Source: Octopus sinensis (lineage: Eukaryota). Taken from it: a stretch of DNA of 64,000 nt. Shown here in pieces: positions 42,458-57,218 of this stretch (the first letter of the stretch is position 1; every line of letters starts with the position of its first letter). The notes under the pieces are model-generated. The model had not been told where the DNA came from. It was given only the letters and a program-made list of their open reading frames with translations, and did no database searches. The stretch lies in NCBI RefSeq assembly GCF_006345805.1, contig NC_043009.1:10230001-10294000 (forward strand). The letters run 5' to 3'. Both the position numbers and the translations under genes were made by a program.

Positions 42458-44084
42458 GATTTGCTTCTATTGTCGTGAAACTGACTTATTTTCCTTTAAA
42501 TTTCAGACAGACTCAGCGCTGAGTTGGTGATGCGGAATTATCGTTGTAACAAATTTTCTGCTCAATACCATATATTTGCTCGTCAGTTGCTTGACCTTAA
42601 CCACTCGAGCATATCTCTTAGTGGCTGACAATATGTGCATCTCTGATCATGAGCAGGAGTAGTGGAGGAATATCATAGCCATGTCTTCAGAGGAATTATT
42701 TGGGAGTTTGAAATGAAATAAAAGCAAAGTTTGAAGGAAATTTTGGCTATTTTTCATACTTTCTAGGGATAAGCGAATAGAAAATAACGGTTGGTACCCA
42801 AGGAAAAAAACCGTGTTACATAGTGCAGTCACCATGTATATAAATGAAGCACTAACTCCTTAAATAGTCTGGTTATCTAAATGCTGTAAATAGGTAGAGC
42901 TGGTTAGGAACAAATAACCGTTGTAAACGAAGGAAACATACGTAGTGGCGCTGACAAATGTTACCTTAGCAAGCATTCTTGTTGTCAACAGCCTGGAGGA
43001 TGACAGACTAGGTTAAGCTGACATTTCCTGATTGCGTTATTAAACACACGATCTTTCCTAATGTGGTCGCTCTACCTGCTAGAAGTAAATCTTTAATAAT
43101 GAAGGCGCGTTTTGGATAGTATAGACATGTATACGCCAAGGAGGTTCTATATACGTCAGAGGTCTGAGCAATGCTGGTTAATCTGAGGTTAAAGAATAAC
43201 AAATATGCATTAAGTATGAATAGGTGAGCCTCAAAATTATTTACGTGTCAATGAGATTGCTGTCACAGTGCAAGAAATAACAGCCAAATCTCATTCACAT
43301 CACATCTTGCTATTTTAAACATAGTATAACATAGTTCTGGATATTCTATGATAGAAAATAAGTTGGGATGGTCGGTGCTGGAATGTCTTACTTTATGGTG
43401 CAGGAATGATTGTGTTGTTAGAAAGTTTTCTTCACAACCACACGACTCAGGTTCGATCCCATTTCCTGACACTAGTCAAATGTCTTATACTATAACAAGC
43501 AACGGAACATGCATGTTACTTGAAGTGCTAGAAATAATGGCCAAATCTCCTTAATCTCAATCCATATCTTAACAAAAGGAAGGGAACATTGTATAACGTA
43601 GACCTTGATATATTTTCAGCAAATAAATATATAAATAAAATGACTAATGGCTATAACTGAAAAGATTGTGATTGTAGGTTTGCTTGTTCTGAAACGACCT
43701 TGGGCTAAACAGCAACACCATCAATTGTTTCATTTTGGCAAGTCACAAGACAAGACTAGTAGATAAAGATATATTGGATTGATTAAGGCATAGTTTGTTC
43801 TTGTTACATATTTTATCGCCGTTAGTGAGTTGAGAACAAAATTGTCCGTCGGCAGAATTTGAGCTCAAAATGCAGAGAAAAGCAAAACTAAATACACTGG
43901 GACATAAATAAACTCTGTTTGTATACAATTTTGGTCGTTTATGCCTCTTCTCTGTTTGCCTCATTTAATAATTTACACAAAATGGCCGCCCAAGAGATCC
44001 AAAATATAAAAAAGAGACGATTAGGAGACCATTGATAGAAAATGGTAAATAGTGATGCAAGTGAACTGATCTGGTTGTTGCTGC

Positions 44085-44441
44085 TGTTTGCTTGTTGAGC
44101 GAAGCGGTCTTCATTCCAGCTGTAGTGGGAGAAGTTCGAAACGTGGTCCTTTGCTATTCGTAAGACCCGCAGAAGAGAAAGCAGGTCAACCCCCGACACC
44201 GAGAGCATCGACGGATGGATGAATGCGCATCCAGATTCAGCGGCTGCGTAGGAAACAGGAAGGAAGAGTGAGAGAAAGTTGGGGCGAAAGAGTACAACAG
44301 GGGATCGCCCCCGCCTGCCGGAGCTCGTGGAGCTTTAGGTGTTTTCGTTCAATAAACACACACAACGCCCGGTCTGGGAATCGAAACCGCGATCCTCCGA
44401 CCGCGAGTATGCTGCCCTAACCATTGGGCCATTTCGCCTCC
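44085..44441 (-). mobile_element. SINE-D, full length
   Basis: Minus strand GGAGGCGAAATGGCCCAATGGTTAGGGCAGC...GGTTTCGATTCCCAGACC tRNA head; matches 30610-30922. Confidence 0.85.
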
Positions 44442-46592
44442 ATTGTTGCTGCTGCTGATTAATCCTGTATCGATCATGCCTATAGTTAAAGGCATTTCGG
44501 AAGTGAACATCCAGAATGTTTTTATGATTGGTGTTACTACATTAACCATTGACTTTTTCGTATTTTCATTCACAAAAGACAGGGACTTGGTAAAGTCGTA
44601 AGGGCAAATGATTGACTACCTTCTGTTATTTGTTCCTGTTTTCTGCCCACTGAGTTCAAGCTCTATCTAAGTCAAATTCACCTTCAATCATTTTAGGATC
44701 GATAAATAAAGTATCAAACGGAATTGTTAAAACACCGGACTGGATTTTAAGAAATTCTGATCCGGCTCTTTGCGTTCAGAGTTCAAATTCTACCAGTGGC
44801 CATGTCGTAGCCTCTCACCCACTGAGAGACGGCCTCAAGGTGGAATGTGACAGACCGCTAGACTGACATGACTTTGAAATCAGACAGACTTCTCACCCAA
44901 CTTTGCCATGTATGTAAGGGCTTTGATGACCATGTATCGTGAATAAGGAAGTCGTCATTGTCCACATTCATTAAACTCACACTGATTGATTCCAGCGTTT
45001 CAGTAACATTTGAAACATCATCGTCAACGAAGAAACATCGAAAACGATGATGTGGTTAGGAAGAGATTTTATTACTCTTGCTAGAGGCCTTTTTACAAGT
45101 AGGAATAATAAATAAATCAAAGGTTTGACTCACCGGGAGATCGATATTGATTCCGCTATTATTTGATGTAATAAGCATTTCATACTAAATCTATGGATAA
45201 TAAATTCTGTTGGCTGCGAATGGACCGTATTCCTTTAAATAGAATACTCTATCAAGAACAGATCGTTTGGCATCTCTTCTATATTATTGAGGAGATTATA
45301 CAAAACTATATGGAACCTTTTTGTTCCAATGCCAGAACTGTCAATCTTAGAGAAGCATTTTGAAATTAGTCTTCTAAAGGTTGCCTACGCTGAATGTACC
45401 ACACATCCTCAAGGATCTACCAACCGTAAATATAATCAGCCAAGTTATAGAAGTTACCCCCCCCCTCACCAAAAAAACCCCATCAAACAACAGGAACATT
45501 TACCTGTTCTTCATCTTTTGTTCCTTTGTTCTTTTCTTTTTACATATAGCAGTTGACAGGTGCTTTTATTAGCCTGTCGTGGTTTACAGTTTCATACAGA
45601 CATAATTTCACTGAATAACAATGGGTAGCTGTATTAGATGTAAATGGACTTAATACTAGGGGGCACGTATTTTATGAAACCCAGTACAGGGAAAAGCGAA
45701 GACAGCACTCGGTGAGGATTTGAACTCAGGACGTACATGTAAGTAACTAAATATCGCTTGTGCATTGCTCTTCCAACATTACCCTTCGCTGCTCATAAAT
45801 AATTTGATGTAAGTAAACATTTTGAAATTATGACAAAGCCACAAATGTATTGAAGAAGAGTGCGGTCGTTTGAATTCATCTTTTCATAGGTGTGGCACTT
45901 ATGTGTTCTGTTATTTGATTGGCTAGAAATATCAATGAGTTGTCTTTAAATCACAAAATGGAAGACCGCATACTGTATATTGCGGTCTCAAATATATGCA
46001 AGAAAAATGTGGTCCTTATCTTCATCGACTTTAGAGAAAGAGAGTGAGAGAGAAAGAGAGAGAGAGAGAAAGAGCAAGGAGGAGAGAAAGGAAGCGAAGG
46101 AGGGAATGATATGTATTAAATGTGATATTGTGATATCTTTACAAACACCATAACTCATTTAGCTATAAATCTCTCTCTCTCACACACACACTTTCTCTCT
46201 CTCTCTGTCGTGCACACACGCGCATGCACACACACGCATAGACACACACAAACACAATTTAATAAAAGTAGCGCAAGACTAAGTAAGTAACTATTGAAGG
46301 ACTGTCTGCAAGAATCTATTCAACGAAACTCAAAAGCTGAACCAAAGAAATAACATTTTGAGTAAGGCATCTTCATCACGAAGAAATAACGCCTTTCTTC
46401 TTTCATTTTCTGACGTCCAGAAACATAAAAATGTTTACTTCTCACAACACGTACGTCCCTTTTTATTTTTTGAGCTTTAAAACGAATAGACAGATCTACA
46501 TATCCGATATGCATATACAAGCGATTATGCGGATAAACAAATTAGACAAATCAAATATATTAAACATATTAAATACATCAAATACAAAATAC

Positions 46593-47010
46593 GTAGGAGT
46601 GGCTGTGTGGTAAGTAGATTGCTTACCAGCCACATGGTTCCGGGTTCAGTGCCACTGCGTGGCATCTTGGGCAAGTGTCTTCTGCTATAGCCCCGGGCCG
46701 ACCAATGCATTGTGAGTGGATTTGGTAGACGGAAACTGAAAGAAGCCTGTCGTATATATGTATATATATGTATGTATATATATGCGTGTGTGTGTTTGTG
46801 TGTCTGTGTTTGTCCCCTAACATTGCTTGACAACCGATGCCGGTGTGTTTACGTCCCCCGTCACTTAGCGGTTCGGCAAAAAGAGACCGATAGAATAAGT
46901 ACTGGGCTTACAAAAAGAATAAGTCCCGGAGTCGAGTTGCTCGACTAAAGGCGGTGCTCCAGCATGGCCACAGTCAAATGACTGAAACAAGTAAAAGAGA
47001 ATAAAAGAGA
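46593..47010 (+). mobile_element. SINE-B, full length
   Basis: Consensus match. Confidence 0.9.
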
Positions 47011-47344
47011 CAAAACAAAAGAGAGCAAAATATGGAAACATTCAGCTGATGAATTTTTAAGTATAAATATATAGAAAAAGGAGCCTACACAGAGAGCAAA
47101 CAACACAGAGAATTGGAAGAAAGGTGTTATAAGTCCAACAGCTGTTTCTTGGGGTTCGGTGATCCATAATTATATTGGTATATTTAATTCATCATAATTT
47201 GTGCCCGTATGGAAACAATTAACATTGAATGAGACGAACACCGGTCATCAGGGTAGAAAATATTTCCCATTTCACATCTTAACGCAGAGAAGTTCCAAAA
47301 GGGAATGACTTTTAATCATTCTCTTGGACATACCTCTGTTTCCT

Positions 47345-47379
47345 GTTTCTGAAGAAGAGCTTTGCTCGAAACGTAAACC
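47345..47379 (+). ncRNA. Minimal type I hammerhead ribozyme (ACGU helix III) in a PLE pseudo-LTR-like fragment (about 47320-47475)
   Basis: GUUU CUGAAGA A GAGC-UUU-GCUC GAAA CG UA^ AACC; intact core, helix I with one U.C mismatch; same family as 148-182; followed by (TA)n. Confidence 0.7.
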
Positions 47380-47492
47380 ACCTTTCTTTCCTTCCCCAAG
47401 CGTCTGCTAATCCTTTGCATGTACCACATACTCGCGTTGTTGATTTTTCTTATTTGTTCTTCGTTATTTTTAATTTTATATATACATATATA

Positions 47493-47702
47493 TACTATTT
47501 TACTCTTTTACTTGTTTCAGTAATTTGACTGCAGCCATGCTGGAGCACCGCCTTTAGTCGAGCAAATGGACCCCAAGACTTATTCTTTGGAAGCCTAGTA
47601 CTTATTCGATCGGTCTCTTTTGCCGAACCGCTAAGCTACGGGGGCGTAAACACACCACCATCGGTTGTCAAGCGATATTGGGGGGGACAAACACAGACAC
47701 AC

Positions 47703-47763
<61 letters not shown>

Positions 47764-48271
47764 TGTGAAGGTGCATGACTCAGTGGTTAGAGCGTCGAGC
47801 TTACGATCGTGAGGTTGTGAGCTCGAATCCTTGAGCAAGACACTTTATTTCACGTTACTCCTGTTCGCTCAACTTTAGAAATGAGTGACGACGTCACAGG
47901 TGCCTTTGCCTTTCCTTTGCCTTTCCCTTGGATAACACGGGTGGCGTAGAGAGGGGGATAACACTGGTGGCGTAGAGAGGGGGAGACCGGTATGCATGGG
48001 CAACTGCTGGTCTTCTATAAACAACCTTGCCCAGACTTGTGCCTCAGAGGGTAACTTTCTAGGTGCAAGCCCATGGTCAGTATCTGATCGAAGGGTGTCT
48101 CGATATACATATATACGACGGGCTTATTTCAGTTTCCGTCTACCAAATCCACTGACAAGGCTCTGGTCGGCCCGAGGCTATAGTAGAAGACACTTGCCCA
48201 AGGTGCCACGCAGTGGGACTGAACCTGGAACCATGTGGTTGGTAAGCAAGCTACTTACCACACAGCCACTC
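47493..48271 (-). mobile_element. SINE-B split at its internal (TA)n (tail half 47493-47700, head half 48115-48271)
   Basis: Both halves match the consensus and are separated by TA + SINE-C + TA. Confidence 0.85.
47765..48101 (+). mobile_element. tRNA-derived SINE (C-type head, distinct tail) nested in SINE-B
   Basis: GTGAAGGTGCATGACTCAGTGGTTAGAGCG...GAGCTCGAATCC...TTGAGCAAGACAC; includes a 27-bp tandem duplication near 47930-47985. Confidence 0.8.
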
Positions 48272-49244
48272 ATATTTGTGTGTGTATTGTGCGGAGTTTA
48301 CTTAGTGGGTATTTCTTGACCTTGGATTGCGTAGAGGCGAGTTCATACTTCGATGTTGGTATGATTTATTCTATGGTTTGCGCTTTTTGTCTATGTGTCA
48401 ATGTAACACTATATCAGTAAACCAATCTATGGTTTGTTTCTCTTTCCCCCCTTTTCCACTGTTCTTCGGAGAGAGATTGGGATCGTCTTATTGTTCAATC
48501 TTCTCCGCATTAGCAACCCTAAATCTTTCCTTCCTGTCCATAAACTTGAGTGACTTAGTTGCAGGTTTTTTCTTTGACGTTTTTCTGCCGATGTTGTTTC
48601 ATTATTAGCAGCATTTCATCCATCTGTACATTCTGAGTTGAAATTCCGCCAGCTCCACTTTGCTTTCACCCTTTCAAGCTCGACAAAATAAGCACTAGTT
48701 GCGGCCTGATGTCCAAGTGCCAAAATTTGAAACCATTTTTGATTTCAAATTTTAGCACTATTCTAGCAAATTTGGGGAGGAGTTAAGTCGATCACATCGA
48801 TTGTCAAGCGATGTTGGGCCGTAGATGAATGAAAAACTACTGTAGAGGAATTGCAGTTTTCTGTTCGACATAAAATTTTGTTTTTCACTAAACGTTAAAA
48901 TGTTTATGTATGTATGTATGTATGTATGTATGTATGTATGTATGTATGTATGTATGTATGAATGAGTAAACGTATGGATATGTGCATTCTTGCATAAAAC
49001 ATTGGGTAGGAGAACAGATGTATAGATGAATGAATATTGTATGATGTGATAATTATGTGTAATTCCGGTAGACAGCTCTGCATGTGGAAGAATGCTTGAA
49101 CACACATACGCACACAAATACACACACACACACAGACACACACACACATACACATACACACACACACATGAATAGAGATAAACCGATAGATAGATAGTTT
49201 AATAAATAGATAAATTGGTCGGTTAGTAAAGAGATAGATAGATG

Positions 49245-49317
<73 letters not shown>

Positions 49318-49318
49318 G

Positions 49319-49356
<38 letters not shown>

Positions 49357-49381
49357 TATATATATAGATAGATAGATAGAT

Positions 49382-49449
<68 letters not shown>

Positions 49450-49922
49450 TATGAAGAAATAAATCAGTCGATCGATCGATCGTATGATTGATGACAGATA
49501 GATGGTTGAATGGTTATACCTAGGGCCAACTGGAAAAATTAGTGGAGTTAATGAATTAATAAATTGCTGAGAAGATGGATGGATTGTTAGGTCTCTGGGT
49601 ATATTTAAAATCATGCAAGTGAAATAAATTGGAAAAATGAAGGAATAAAGAGATAGATGAATAGATAGGGAGAGGATGAAAGAATGCGGGAGTCACACAC
49701 ATAGAGAAACGTGATGGAGCGTGTGGGTGTGTGTGTGTGTGTGCGTGCGTTTCTCTGTGTGTGTGTGTGCATGCGTGCGTTTGTGGGTTGATTGTGTGTG
49801 TGTGTGCATAAGGAATATTGAAATTTAGTAGAAAGACTGAAACTATAACTGCAAGAAAATTGTGAGACAAAAGAAACGACGAAAGGGTAATTATGGGTAA
49901 GTATGGAAAAGAGGAGAAAGAG

Positions 49923-49969
<47 letters not shown>

Positions 49970-50102
49970 CAAGAGAGAGCGAAAGAGAAAGGCAGCAAGA
50001 GAGAATAATTGAGGGAGAGAGAGAAAGTGCAAGAGTGATAGGGAGAATGTATATGTGCTAGTGTCTGTGTGTCGGTTTGTGTGTTTGTGTGTTTGTGTGT
50101 TT

Positions 50103-50145
<43 letters not shown>

Positions 50146-50705
50146 TAAGAAGGAAACTAAAAGTGATGACAGTGACAAAGAAATAAATTGCGTAGGTGAC
50201 TGTGTGTGTGTGTGTATGTGTAGTTTCACCGGCTTCTGTCATAAAACTGTGGTCATACAGAGGTGGTGTAATAATGCCTTAATTGATGTTATAGAGTCCG
50301 GTACTTATTTTGTTAATTTCTATTTAACGAACGGTTAAGTCACCTGTTAGAAATTAACATGTCTGGATTGATACACCGGTTTATTAACATGGTGATGGAT
50401 CTCCGTCGTTCAACATCAAAACATCCAGTTGTTAGATCGACTGAATTATCTGCTCTTGAATTGATGTCCAGAGACCTGAAAACGTAATTCTAAGGAAGGA
50501 TTAGCGTACTTTGTTAATCATAGATACCATTTATTCGAAGGGATTCTTTACAGTTTTCGTCTACGCAATTTCACTGATAATGTATGGAACGAATTAGGCG
50601 TAAATAAAACATTGTCCCCAGGTGCATGCAGTGGGGTCATATCCGGGACTTCGTGGTTACGAAGCGAGCTTCTAAAATTTTCGGTTATAATCTTAAATAT
50701 ACATA

Positions 50706-51110
50706 GGCGCAGGAGTGGCTGTGTGGTAAGTAGCTTGTTTACCAACCACATGGTTCCGGGTTAAGCCCCACTGCGTGGCATCTTGGGCAAGTGTCTTCTT
50801 CCATAGCCCCGGGCCGACCAATGCCTTGTGAGTGGATTTGGTAGACGGAAACTGAAAGAAGCCTGTTGTATATATTATATATATATATGTATGTGTGTGT
50901 TTGTGTGTCTGTGTTTGTCCCCCTAGCATTGCTTGACAACCGATGCTGGTGTGTTTACGTCCCCGTCACTTAGTGGTTCGGCAAAAGAGACCGATAGAAT
51001 AAGTACTGGGCTTACAAAGAATAAGTCCCGGGGTCGATTTGCTCGACTAAAGGCGGTGTTCCAGCATGGCCGCAGTCAAATGACTGAAACAAGTAAAAGA
51101 GTAAAAGAGA
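50706..51110 (+). mobile_element. SINE-B, full length
   Basis: GGCGCAGGAGTGGCTGTGTGG to GTAAAAGAGTAAAAGAG. Confidence 0.92.
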
Positions 51111-51284
51111 ATACACAAATACGTAAACACAGAAATATTTATAATGGAAGAAAAAGGAGCAATCAAGGCAGGGAGATAGAGAAATACAAAAAAAAAAAAA
51201 AAAGGACAAACAAATAAGCAATATTTGAAGTTAGAATATTAAAACCAGTAGCAGGAAAAGCAGAGAGAAATGAAACGAAACAAT

Positions 51285-51660
51285 AACAAGAGCACTCTGA
51301 CAGCGCAAACCTCCGCCAAGGCAACACCAATGTCCTCTCAATGATTAGGCAGAGATGATTTTTAAAATGAGTATATCTGAAGTAAGCTCGACTGCTCTCA
51401 CAAACGAGAGTACTAAAATGAACCCGACCGTAAAGAAACAGGAACGTAAAGAAACAGGTAAAATAATCCAGAATCCTTGTCTGATACTGCAGCTAACCCA
51501 AAATCTAATCAGTTCGTGCCAGTCACGAGGCCAAACATCCCTGGAAGTTTCATCCGAATCCATCCAGTGGTTCTTGAGATATCTTGTACACGGTCAAACG
51601 AGTAAACATACAAACACGACTGAAAACAATACCTCTGCCTTCGCTAAGGCGGAGGTAATA
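51285..51660 (+). mobile_element. Non-autonomous Helentron-associated element (HINE-like)
   Basis: 5' AACAAGAGC...ACCTCCGCC (51309-51317); 3' 11-bp hairpin ACCTCTGCCTT-CGCT-AAGGCGGAGGT (51631-51656) containing the inverted GGCGGAGGT; internal CCAAAATCTAATCAGTT...TTTCATCCGAATCC..CCAGTGGTTCTTGAGATATC resembles HINE blocks (recall). Confidence 0.7.
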
Positions 51661-51736
51661 AATAAAGGATGCGTATAACGAAAATAAATACGGCAAATGA
51701 AAGAAAAAGAAGACAATCTTTCTATCTATCTCTTTC

Positions 51737-51781
<45 letters not shown>

Positions 51782-51920
51782 CACACACACACACACACAC
51801 GCACACATACACACGTATATATATATACACGTAAATTTCGAACGACGTGAATGAGTCCTCAATACTGCATTGGTGGACAGCATTTCTTTATTTGTGTATT
51901 ATATGGATGTATGATGTATG

Positions 51921-51951
<31 letters not shown>

Positions 51952-52590
51952 GTGTGCGCGCGCGTGTGTGAGTGTGCGTGTGTGTGTGTGTGTGCGTGCG
52001 TGCGTGTGCATACATAAATGTACGTATACGTAAATATACACACATGTTATGATTGAGAAACTGACTCCAGTGCAGTTGAGAAAAAAATGACTTAAATAGA
52101 AGCAAAGTTTGAGCACTTAAAACAATTAATAGTTCTGATATTTCACCCGAAACTAGCCCTAGTCATAGCATGAAGAAAACAGAAGAGACGGTTTAGTTCA
52201 CACGAATTTCGATATGAACCACATTCTTGGGCCCTTCATTTTTCTATTGTTATTCATTTCGGAGGGAACATCACGATCAGAAAATGCTTTCATGTAAAAG
52301 TTTAATCGTTGTCCACATTGTTATCTTCTGTATTTGCAAATTCAAAACTACCGTTTTCTGAAATGTTGATCATACTTTCATACACACAAAAGAATGATGC
52401 AAATGGATACATTCGAAACCTACATCAGTACACACGGATACAAGACAAACAGACAAAGACGTAGGTACGTATATGTGTATGCGAGAATGTATGTCAATAG
52501 AAGAGCTGGTGTATGTATGTATGTATGTATGTTTGTATGTATGTATGTATGTATGTATGTATGTATGTATGATGTATGTATATATATATG

Positions 52591-52692
<102 letters not shown>

Positions 52693-53256
52693 GTACACAC
52701 ACACACACGTATATGTATTCAAAGTTTGTGTTGGAAGCAGCTCATTCATGTAAACTGCGGGATTGTGTCAAAGGGACTTAGGTCCCTTCAAAGGTTCACT
52801 TAGTGTTAAAAATCATTCTACGCTTCAAAAGTAGGCGAAATGGAATCGTCCCGTATGTGAACAAGAATGACAGATATCGATATATCACAGTTTTTTCCTT
52901 CTGCACATCAGTGTAGAAAACTCGCCCCTCTTCCGAACCGAATCAACAACAGCCAGCTAGATGTGCAAAAGTGTCGTTCGGCAATAAATGAACCTACGCT
53001 ATTTGTGTATGTTTCTGGTTGGCTGTCGCAGATTCGTTCCGGGAATGAGGCAAGTATATAACACTGATGAACAGAAAAAATCCCGTTTAACGTCGAAAGA
53101 AAATCGCCTCGGAAGTGAATAAGTTCACTTTCGAGGCGATTTTGTTTCGCCTAGCTACGAAGCATATTGTGTTTTTAACACTATACGCCTTTAGGGAGAC
53201 CTCCCAAATACGAAATACTTCAGCTACACGCATTTAACAACACACATTGAGTATGT

Positions 53257-53615
<359 letters not shown>

Positions 53616-53699
53616 TTTGTGTGTATGTATGTGTGTGATTGAATCTTCTACCTGTGGAAATGTCTAGTGGTTTACATGATGGAATGCAATGTGAATTTC

Positions 53700-54890
53700 G
53701 CCCTTTTAAAAAATATTTTAAGATTTCGTGATTGTTTTCGTTTGTTAATGATTTGCGACTCTATTTTTTTCAAAATTTGACGATTGGCAGAGTTTGAGGC
53801 TATCATCTTGCCAATCTTTTAGATGTTGCGTTTTTTAATATTATTGATGACTACAAATGGTATATTCCTGGTTTAGTCATCTTTCTCCGTGTGATGGTTT
53901 CTCCATGATTTACAATGATTTTCGGGCATTTTAATTTCTGGAAGACTATTTTTAGTTCCATCATTCATCTCAATCTCTATTCCAGTTGAGTTCATAACTA
54001 TTCAATATATACATCTTGCCATATTAAATGGGGTATTTTAAAAATGGAATCGATAACATGATCTAAAATCTAAGAATTGGTTTGTCCGTGACCTCGATTG
54101 TAATATTCTTATTTTCTTTAATTCCCAAACTTTTCTAAAACGGAAGATCTTCTTTTGTCTCTTTTGTGAATTGGTACGATTTTTAAAAGCTATTCATCAC
54201 TTATAAGAATCTTGCAAGTTCTTCATTACTTATGTTCCAAAATATGAAGCAGTCATTCCGGAATCTTTTTCAGTTTTCTTTGAAAGATGGCTGGAAATGC
54301 AGTTCAAATGTAATTCCAGATCGGACATAGATATTTTTCCTTCAAGTCATCCCATCTATTATTTTCCAAATGTGGGGTCAACTATCGTGTCCATTGCCGT
54401 TAATTGTTATTTGAAGATAGTGTTAGTTATCGAAGAAATATTTTTCTATCACAAATCGTATTCCTTCAGTCGTAAATTCTTTTAGAAATCTCTCCTGAAT
54501 TCCGGTTGTATATTTGTCAAATCAGAATTCTATAACCTCCAATCCAAATTCATGAGGGGTATTTATGTAAAAATCTGGTCACGTCAAAACTAATCTGGAT
54601 CGTGCCTATGTTTACTCTCTCTGGAACGCAATTTAGACAGTCCACATCATCTCTTTTGAAACTAGGAACCCATTTGCGCAATGATTTTAGTAACATTGTT
54701 TAATATTTGAATACTTGGTGTTGGCGCCGCAACAATTAGCATAACTTCGAATTAGACGGTTCGGAAATCTTTTCATACGGTGTAAGCTGTTACGGATTTC
54801 TTTAGATTTATGAATTATCGATAGTTCATAAATGTTGCATGTCTTTACCTCGGATTTAGTTAGGTCATCTCATTGTTATTTTCGTCTCTA
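53700..54890 (-). mobile_element. Old Penelope-like RT remnant (non-Hydra, Neptune/Poseidon-like motifs)
   Basis: Minus strand across frameshifts: KTCNIYELSIIHKSKEI, IVAAP, ISFDVT..., ITAMDT (GTAMGT), KRFRNDCFIFWN (RY.DD.F), PFNMARCI, NIPFVV. Confidence 0.7.
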
Positions 54891-55619
54891 AAATCGTACA
54901 CACAGGTACGCACATAGACTCGACAACACTATCAAATAATATGTCTGTCTGTTTGTCTGTCTGTATGTATGTTCATCCCTTTCTCTTTTTCATTTAGAGT
55001 AAAGGTTGCCTGGTCACCAAGTTGGTAGCAAGGATGTGAGGGCAAGTATCTTGTTTTATCCATCATCCTTTACATCTTAAGGCTTTGAAGATTTTTATTG
55101 TCCCAGATATCGCGATGATTTGTGGCATATGTATGTCATTATTCAGTCTTATTTCAAGATTTCTTGCCAATAGAGAAAGAACCGGTTTCTAACCCAGATC
55201 CAAGGCTCCTTCATTGGAATTTCAACAACATGAACGGGGTATTTTTGTGTGCATGTATAAGTGCAGATTTGTATGTTTTGTTTTATGCATGTATGTATGC
55301 ATGTATGTGTGTGCATGTGTGTATGTGTGTATATATGTTTGTGCATGCATGCATGTATATATAAAATCTACGCACACAGAGCCATGTATAGGTACGTAAT
55401 TGGGAGAGAATAAGAAGGAAAGGAAGGCAAACATTAGAATGGAAAACGTATGTGATTGCATCCATCGGCGAAAGAGAAAGATGAAGATGTTAAGGATTGA
55501 AATGTTGATGGAAAGACATGTTGTTCAGAGATAAGCAAAGACAAAGAGACGCAGATATACTGAGAAAGAGAGGAATGAGAAATAGAGGGAAACCATAGCG
55601 ATTAATGGGGGAGATTCAT

Positions 55620-55909
55620 GCTGAAAGCTATATGTATGTATGCGGGTGTGTGTGTGTGCGTGTGTGTGTGTGTGTGCGTGTGCGTGTGCGTGTGCGTGTG
55701 CATATGTGTGACAGAAATAGAGATTGTGTGTGTGTATTTAACTACTTTTTTTTCTACTTATATCTCAGCAACTCTCCCCTAATTCACACTAAGTATGCAT
55801 ATGTATATATCTATATATATATGTATGTGTGTATGTGTGTATTTATGTATATGTACATTTACATATTTCTGTATACATATGTATACACACACACTCATAC
55901 ACACACACG

Positions 55910-55943
<34 letters not shown>

Positions 55944-56037
55944 GAGAGGGAGAGAGAAAGAGACAGATAGACATATATATATGGATATATGTATATGCAT
56001 ATGTACAGAGTGTTTGATAGATTGGTAGACAGTTAGC

Positions 56038-56069
<32 letters not shown>

Positions 56070-56562
56070 GAGTGAGAGTCAGAGTGAGAGAGAGAGAGAC
56101 AAAGGGAGAGAGAGAGACGGGAAGACCAAATGTATAAATACAGATAAGTAGTTACACATTCAAACACGCTTACATTTAATTATCAATATACATGTCTGAC
56201 AGATTTCACTTATATGCTTGTGTTTGAGCATGTGTGTGTATGTGTGTGTATGTGTGTATGTGTGAGTGTATGCGTGTGTTCGAGTGTATATGTGTTTGTG
56301 TATGTGCGTACATGTGTCTGTGAATTAGCATGTTTGTGAATCTGTGTATACATGTATACATACATATAAAAGCAGCATTCTAACGGAATGTAAATGAGTA
56401 GAAGTTATCCTTGACAATGTATTCATAAACACACGATTAATTTTGACATTCTACACATACACATGACGTGTGTGGAAATAAATAGAAATAAATAAAGAGT
56501 ACAATGAATGTTGTTAAATCATTCCCGGGGCTAATAATCGCGGTGATGGTCATGGCAGCAGC

Positions 56563-56624
<62 letters not shown>

Positions 56625-56901
56625 TAATAATAATGATAATAATAATAATAAAAATAATAAAAATAATGATGATGATGATGATAATAATGATGATGATAAT
56701 AATGATGATGATGATGATGATGATGATGATACGAGGTGACTATTTTGTTGAAGCGAATTCAAAGCACTGGCGGACATATTTGGAAATGCTTGGACGATGA
56801 AAGCTGCATACACAATATATATCAGGCATGCGCGGATACATCGCACGCAGGCAAAGCGCATGCGCACACGCACGCATATATATAAGTATATATACATACA
56901 T

Positions 56902-56981
<80 letters not shown>

Positions 56982-57025
56982 TATACATATATATATATAT
57001 ATCATATACATATATATATATATTC

Positions 57026-57065
<40 letters not shown>

Positions 57066-57126
57066 TATATACATATTCATATATATGCATATACATAATT
57101 GCATGTATATATACATACATATATAT

Positions 57127-57218
<92 letters not shown>

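Noticed and set aside
47120-47252. GAAACAGCUGUU on the minus strand with an upstream CUGAUGA, resembling the ACAGCUGU hammerhead family
   Set aside because: The core halves are about 105 nt apart with no convincing helix II and only 2 bp of helix I; possibly a decayed HHR but not supportable.
53064-53149. CUGAUGA followed by GAAA and the long hairpin, read as a hammerhead
   Set aside because: No helix II pairing and a G.G mismatch at the base of the would-be helix III; kept only as a hairpin finding.
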